Shown one piece after another: positions 48,561 to 54,801 of a stretch of 54,801 nt of DNA. Numbering within the stretch: position 1 is the stretch's first letter; every line of letters begins with the position of its first letter. The translations under genes and the position numbers were made by a program. The stretch is from Octopus sinensis (lineage: Eukaryota). The stretch spans positions 1 to 54,801 of the forward strand of contig NW_021833919.1 in NCBI RefSeq assembly GCF_006345805.1, in the 5' to 3' direction. The notes below the pieces were generated by a model that did no database searches, was not told where the DNA came from, and saw nothing but the letters and a program-made list of their open reading frames with translations.

Positions 48561-49562
48561 TTCCAAGCATTGCTGTAAATAGCGGACGTGAGCTAGAACG
48601 TTAAACCTTAGTGCTCATACACAGCAGAATTCAAAGTCAATTTTTGCTAAGCGACTTCCCTTTCCGTGCTTTAGCTTCGTTACTATAGCAACACTCCGAA
48701 TACTTATTGATCAGACCTCGTATTATATACATACATAGATGTTTTTATATGTCTACACGCACACACAAACGTATATTTCTGTACGTATTTCAATCGAGGA
48801 AAATTGAGAGAACAGAGGAAGAAAGGAAGATGGAAATAATTTTAAAATCAGTCTAAATGTTCTAGACAACGACATAAATATAATGCATGTAATTTTTACC
48901 GTGTCCTTGAATAGATTTCTTTGACTGAAAAGAGATGAAGTATCAGTCTAACGTCTATTAATAACTTTTTGTGTTTTGTAACAGAGAGAGAAGGAAAATG
49001 CACAAGATTATGAAATTAGCTATTCAATTAACAAAAGACTGGGAAAATGTATTTTAAAAGTTTAAGAATGAAAATTACTAAAAGGTATTATTTTAGAAAA
49101 TATGACTCGAAATCGATATTTCTTTGGTTTATTGTTTCACTCAGTGAATTCAAACTGACATCGATATCAATGTTTTAACGCATGAATAACCACGATTAGT
49201 ATTCCAAATTTATGTTTTCATTATGAGATGAATAAAAGTGTCTGTTGTTATTATTATGCAACAGCCACAAGAATTATATCTTTATAATCTCGATTTAACT
49301 ATTAAAGTATTATGGAGTCTTAAATATATTCGTCAGTTAACTCAAACGAATACATTGAATTTAACATTCTATAAAAATTAAATGACTTGTTGTGATAATC
49401 CAATAAAGCAGAAGTTCAGAAAAAAAAGTGTGCAGACATGACTTTTGTTGAGAAAAATCACGAAAAAATATTGATTTAATACAAAAACAGATTTTTGCGT
49501 AAGTTCATTCCTTTATTTTCTTTTCAGTGATGTGAGAACATTGCTGTTAAATGTAAAGGTGT

Positions 49563-49718
49563 CCAATTTCCGCCGAGGTCGACTTTGCCTTTCATCCTTT
49601 CGGGGTCGATTAAATAATAACAGTTACGCACTGGGGTTGATATAATTGACTTAATCCGTTTGTCTGTCCTTGTTTGTCTTCTCTGTGTTTAGCCCCTTGT
49701 GGGTAGTAAAGAAATAGG
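49563..49718 (+). mobile_element. 5'-truncated SINE-A
   Basis: TSD TAAATGTAAAGGT at 49548-49560 and 49719-49731. Confidence 0.9.
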
Positions 49719-50739
49719 TAAATGTAAAGGTATCTAGATATAATGATGTCATATACATTAATCCGTTTTGTATGTATTCATGTCCATGGTTTGAAGTATT
49801 CTATGGTAAAGAAGCCGTTCAGAGTCGTTGTTATTTAGGCTCAAAATATGCGCAGAGATGGATTTGTGGATATAAAGCTCATTCAGCAACCAGTCGGTAT
49901 CGGGTTTGATGCAAATGTATTGCAGCTTAGGCACGATTCTTGTATTATATCCAAGCCTTAATAGATTCCTACAGAACAAAATTTCGGCAGCTCAATACAC
50001 ACACATATACACCCACGCACGCGCAAAGTCAAAATCAAGAACGCTTGTTCACATGCATTCTCGCGTACCAACATGCATGTTTGTGTGCCTGGCGGTTTGT
50101 GTGTGCTTTGCCGCTGTTTATCAATGAGATTCATCAGAAAGTTCTTATAGAATGAAGCCATCGTGTACAAGTGCCTTCATGGCCTTTACATTTAGCTATG
50201 TGTCTAACTTAGCGAGATAGTATAGGTTGATCAATCATTTAAGAATCCGAAACGTAACGAGATATGCTATTTGGTAAATTTAGAGTTTAGTCTGTATTTG
50301 TCATTTATTGAAACCTCAAAGCATTTCATCGAATGCTGCATACAAAGCCTTTGAAGAATTCGATTAAATACAAAATCATTTTCTGCCAAGTTCACTTGCA
50401 ACGTTCCCGACATTTCATTGTGAGTAAAAGAAGAATGGCTGCAATTTGAAATTAATTTCGGTAAAATGCACATTCGTGGTAAATAGGAATTTCTGAACAA
50501 AAGGGAGAATTCCAAACAAGTTGACTCTAACACATGCTTGCTCGAAATGTTACAAGCAACAGCCGATATTTTCTCAACCCATTACTTTGTATGAAACAAG
50601 TTGTGTATTTGATGCATAGGACGTCCATAAATTAACTTTACGAATTGAAAACTTCCGGGAAATATGAAACATAAGAATAAACAAATTTTATCATGAAATA
50701 TACGAAAACAAAAAAGGTTTTATTAGAAACATCCGAACA

Positions 50740-51150
50740 CATCCACGTAGTATTCGTTGGTTGCATTCAATATGTCTAGACGATGTTGAATGTCTGACTA
50801 TGTACGTTGGAATATCACCTGGTCAATATTCGCTAAAGCTGGTATATTTTCCTTGACATCATTAAGGATTTGAACCTTTGTACAATAGACTCTGTCTTTA
50901 ATGTAATTGCATAAATATGTCTAGAGGTGCTATATCTTGTGACCTATGTAGTCAGCGAGCTGTACCGACTCATCGAGCTGGACTCTCAATTTGGCCGCGC
51001 ACCATCTTGCTGTTGGTCGCAACTGGTGCAACTGTGTGACAACAAATTCTTGTAGAACATGAAGCTAAGTGCTGGAATTAATCGTTTCTTCTGCAAAGAG
51101 AAACAGGCCAATCACCCGATCGAACATGAATCCACATAAAACAAACATTG
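50740..51150 (-). mobile_element. Tc1/mariner-superfamily transposase relic (non-classical, DD37D/DUF4817-like)
   Basis: Broken frames: KVNV..CGFMFDRVIGLFLFAEETINSST*LHVLQEFVV, QQDGA, SQDIAPLDIF, YIKDRVYCTKV..RLDILNATN. Confidence 0.75.
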
Positions 51151-52614
51151 ACTTTTGCGCTGCTTCTCTCCAGTTTTCTTATTTCCTGCGGATTTTCTGA
51201 AACCCAGATCATGAATCTGTGCTTATTTTTCATCCGTCATACATCAAATATTCCTTTACTGCTGAAACAAATCTTTCAAAGGAGGTTTTCATCTTTATCA
51301 TGCAAATCAAAGGGACGCCAATATATGTAATTACATACATAGACACATATATGTAAATATATACATATATATACATATACACACACACATATATATATAT
51401 ATATATACATATACACACACATATATATATATATATATAATATATATACATATACATATATATATATATAACATACATATACACACACACATATATATAT
51501 ATATGATATCAATGACACTAGATGTTTCCAGATATCTCTGTGGTTATGCCGTATATGTCTTGCTGTGTGTAATTTGCACATACATACGCACGCACACATA
51601 GATACACATGCGCTCTCACAGATGCGTTCACATTACAAATACACACAATTCTATGTGAAATGAAAATTTAATATGACTTTTCTGTGCGCCTGCGATTTTT
51701 TAGTTTTATCTCCCATTATTTATATAGCTATAATAATATATATTAACAGATAAAATACAGGGTGATTACAAACCCCAAAAATGTTTCATAATTGCACTAG
51801 ATAATGGGAAATAAATGTATTCCATAATAAATTATTCAATAGACTTTGAATATAAATAGATTCGGTGCGCTATCTAACGAGAAAATATTAAAAATATGAC
51901 AAAAAATATCTTATGAAAGAAATTGTAAATCAGAATCGGAGATAAACAACTGAAAGGAAGAACAAATTGAATTAAATCTAAAACTATTTAAAATAAAATC
52001 ATTTTCGGACAAGAAAACAAATATATTAAATTAGAAATCACGAAGATATTCTCAGATAAATACCATCCATTAAAAATACAAGAATCTCACAGAAATAAAA
52101 TAATATTATAAAATATTAAAAATGCAAAAATCAAAATGTGGTAGGAAAATATATTTACTAAATCAAAGATTTTTCAATTTTGTCGTTGTATAAAAACATT
52201 GTTGACTGTTTAGAAATTGAAATGAAGCCACACAACGAAGTGAGATAAGAAACTCTAGCCATTGTCAATTAATTGAAGGATAATCGAATTAATGAGTGCG
52301 TCTATGTGGTGGCTGAAGCAGATAGATATAGCAGCCAGAAAGGAAAATAATATTATATAATGAAAGCATGAATTTATTGTAGATCAGATATGACGCCCCA
52401 TGTTGCAATGCTTTGATCATAGCTTTGCTTTGTGGTAAACGACCAGTTGTTAAACAAAGAAATAAAAGGAAAGAAATAGCAAAGAAAAAAATAGTAATGA
52501 GAAAATAAAATCAAGGCACTCATTGGAGTGAGGACATATAAAATTGGAAGTTAATCTGGTTTCGATGCTGCCCATGACAGGGTCAAATTCTGAGCAACAT
52601 ACCATAGAGTATTT

Positions 52615-52936
52615 AATTTTTGGATTTGGTTTGCAAGATTATTTATGTGAGTCCGTGTGTCGAAGCATATTCTTTTGTGTCTGGGGAGAGTAATTTTCTT
52701 TTGTGCCTTATAATTTAGCACACTCACCGGTAAAATTTCCACTTAATTCTTATTTCTATTTTCCTAAAAATTTCGTTGCATCTTGCAAACTTTTCAATAG
52801 TGACTATTAAAAAGGTTGCAAGATGCAACGAAATTTTTAGGAAAATAGGAATAAGTATTAAGTGGAAATTTTACCGGTGAGTTTGTTAAATTATAAGGCA
52901 CAAAAAAAAATGACTCCAGCCAGACACAACAGAATA
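52615..52936. mobile_element. Fold-back insertion with ~135-bp arms and flanking direct repeat
   Basis: Arms 52668-52801 and 52803-52936 centred on AATAGT-G-ACTATT; ATACCATAG(A/T)GTATTT at 52599-52614 and 52934-52949. Confidence 0.8.
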
Positions 52937-53347
52937 CCATAGTGTATTTTGCTAAAAATCAAGATGTTTCGACCTGTCCACAAACCGATAGCATGAACTT
53001 ACTCTCGTGAATGCAAAATCGTAACCACTTGGCTACGCGCCTTTACGTTAAACAATCAACTGCAACGTCCTCTAATTGTAATAAACTAATATTACTATGT
53101 CTAACTGTAATAAACGAAATAGCATCGAAATATAAAAGGCGCTCCTGTGTCTTCACATTAAATCAAACGTATTAATTAACATGTTTCCATAAGTAAAATG
53201 AGACAGAAACTAACTATATAACAAGTACTGTTATTGCTATAGAATTCGTGTTCGAGTGTTACGCTTAAAACAACTCTAGAATCAAACCGAAGAAGATATA
53301 TTTAGGATAATGAAACATGTTAGAAATGTTGAACATCCGTAAATATA

Positions 53348-53929
53348 TTGGGTTGTCCGGAAAGTTCGTGCCGATTTTTAAAAGAAAGAAAAAGGTCAAT
53401 AAATAGTTGCCATTACATTTTTAATCAACCAAATATGAACCTTTTTGTTGCACAATACGTCTCCCTCTTTCCTCTACCTTGAAAATACCCTCTTCCCAGA
53501 ATTGAGGTGGTTTCGTGGCAAAGAATTCATCAAGGTATATTTTTACGTCAGCCAAAGAATTGAAATTTTTACCATTAAGACTATTCTGCAGAGATCTGAA
53601 TAAGTGGAAATCCGAAGGTGTTTTTTCCGAAGGAGCAATATTTGGTGAATATGGAGGGTGAGGGTAGCACATCCCAGCCGAGCTGCAGCAATTTTTGTCT
53701 GGTTCCCAAAGCATCAAGTGCCAAAAATGAACTTTCTTATCTTCCATTTTAAAGGGTTACAAAACTAACACAGGTTATAGGAACATAAACCTTCTTCCAC
53801 GAAAAGACAGCTTAAACTGTGCTCTAAATGGCGGTGTAGTCAAATCCTATTTTATGGACTCATCCATGTTCTAAAATAAGTCGAAATGCAAGCTACTATA
53901 AATCGGCACGAACTTTCAGGACAACCCGA
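53348..53929 (-). mobile_element. Internally deleted mariner element (same family as 4087-4626)
   Basis: Same TIRs, TA flanks and deletion junction; ORF 53421-53747. Confidence 0.92.
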
Positions 53930-54117
53930 TACAAGAATTTCCATTGTTATATTTCTCTATCCATTATCTTGGAATTGTTTCCTTTATTGGGCAATAACCT
54001 AGCTTGGGAAACCAGGACTACAGTACTTGTTGTTTATAAAGCTTGGTTGTTATTTTATCGGCCTCATAGAGTTAAAGAGACATAAGATGCCAAGATTGGT
54101 TTCAAGATGTGGTGGAA

Positions 54118-54149
<32 letters not shown>

Positions 54150-54309
54150 CACACACACACAGACGTATATATATATATAGATATATGCGTGTTTGCTTAT
54201 ATATACCATTTATATACGTTTTTATTATTTTTTTTTGCAAATTTCTTAATCAACGGTATTTTATTGTTATTTTAATTTTAATATTTCTATTATATGTAAT
54301 TTTCTAGAT

Positions 54310-54515
54310 GGTGTAATTTAATTGTTCATTTTGAATTGATTAAAAGAGTGTTTTTTCCTAATTTGTATATATATATATATATATATACATATATTATATA
54401 TATATATATATATAGAACATATATATATATAGAATATATATTATATTGTGTGAAATTTGATTTAGTATTCTAATTGAATTTTTTTCCTTGTAAGTTAGGA
54501 TTAAAAAATTCCACT
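54310..54515. mobile_element. Inverted copy of the 13100 AT-rich repeat
   Basis: attgtgtgaaatttgatttagtatt..aattgaatttttttccttgtaagttaggattaa is the rc of 13107-13170; split by (TA)n. Confidence 0.65.
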
Positions 54516-54533
54516 TATGTATTATATATATAA

Positions 54534-54566
<33 letters not shown>

Positions 54567-54619
54567 GTGTATATATATGTATATGTGTGTGTGTGTGTGT
54601 ATAAAGAGAGAGAGATTTA

Positions 54620-54750
54620 CATACAAGGCTTTGGTCGGCCCGTGTCTAAAGTAGAGATTTTGAAAGTGCTACGCTGTTGGAACAAGTTCGGAACCGAGTG
54701 ATCTGCAAGCAAAATTTGTTTGCAACACAGCATGACCTCGCAATATTGTA
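54620..54750 (-). mobile_element. Diverged SINE-B 5' part
   Basis: acaaggctttggtcggcccg...acacagc. Confidence 0.55.
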
Positions 54751-54801
54751 AATTATTCTTAAAACATTCAATGCAATGAATTCATCTCGTGTTAGATTTT
54801 T

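Noticed and set aside
65-54307. The many YI/CV/HT/MYVC-rich ORFs in the ORF track
   Set aside because: They are translations of (TA)n, (TG)n, (CA)n, (TATG)n, (TATC)n and (GA)n microsatellites.

Overview
AT-rich, repeat-saturated eukaryotic (animal) genomic DNA. The SINE families and microsatellite load suggest a cephalopod/Octopus intron or intergenic region (inference from recognising the repeat types, not from a database search). No intact protein-coding gene, rRNA, tRNA or CRISPR array is supported, and almost all listed ORFs are translations of (TA)n/(CA)n/(TATG)n microsatellites. The window holds more than 30 copies of at least four tRNA-derived SINE types (called A-D here). Three SINE-A insertions are head+n-body multimers, each inside one target-site duplication (TSD). 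There are 5'-truncated LINE ends (CR1-like, RTE, two R4/Dong-like), at least six Tc1/mariner relics, a non-autonomous Helitron, TIR MITEs, several fold-back hairpin insertions, a 103-bp minisatellite and a ~1.2-kb tandem duplication that looks like an assembly artefact. The most interesting observation is a 210-bp TSD-flanked insertion (22137-22346). Its minus strand folds into a type I hammerhead ribozyme with a swapped G3:C8 core pair and a palindromic helix III, as expected for a Penelope-like/retrozyme element. A few splice-site-bounded candidate exons are flagged with low confidence only.
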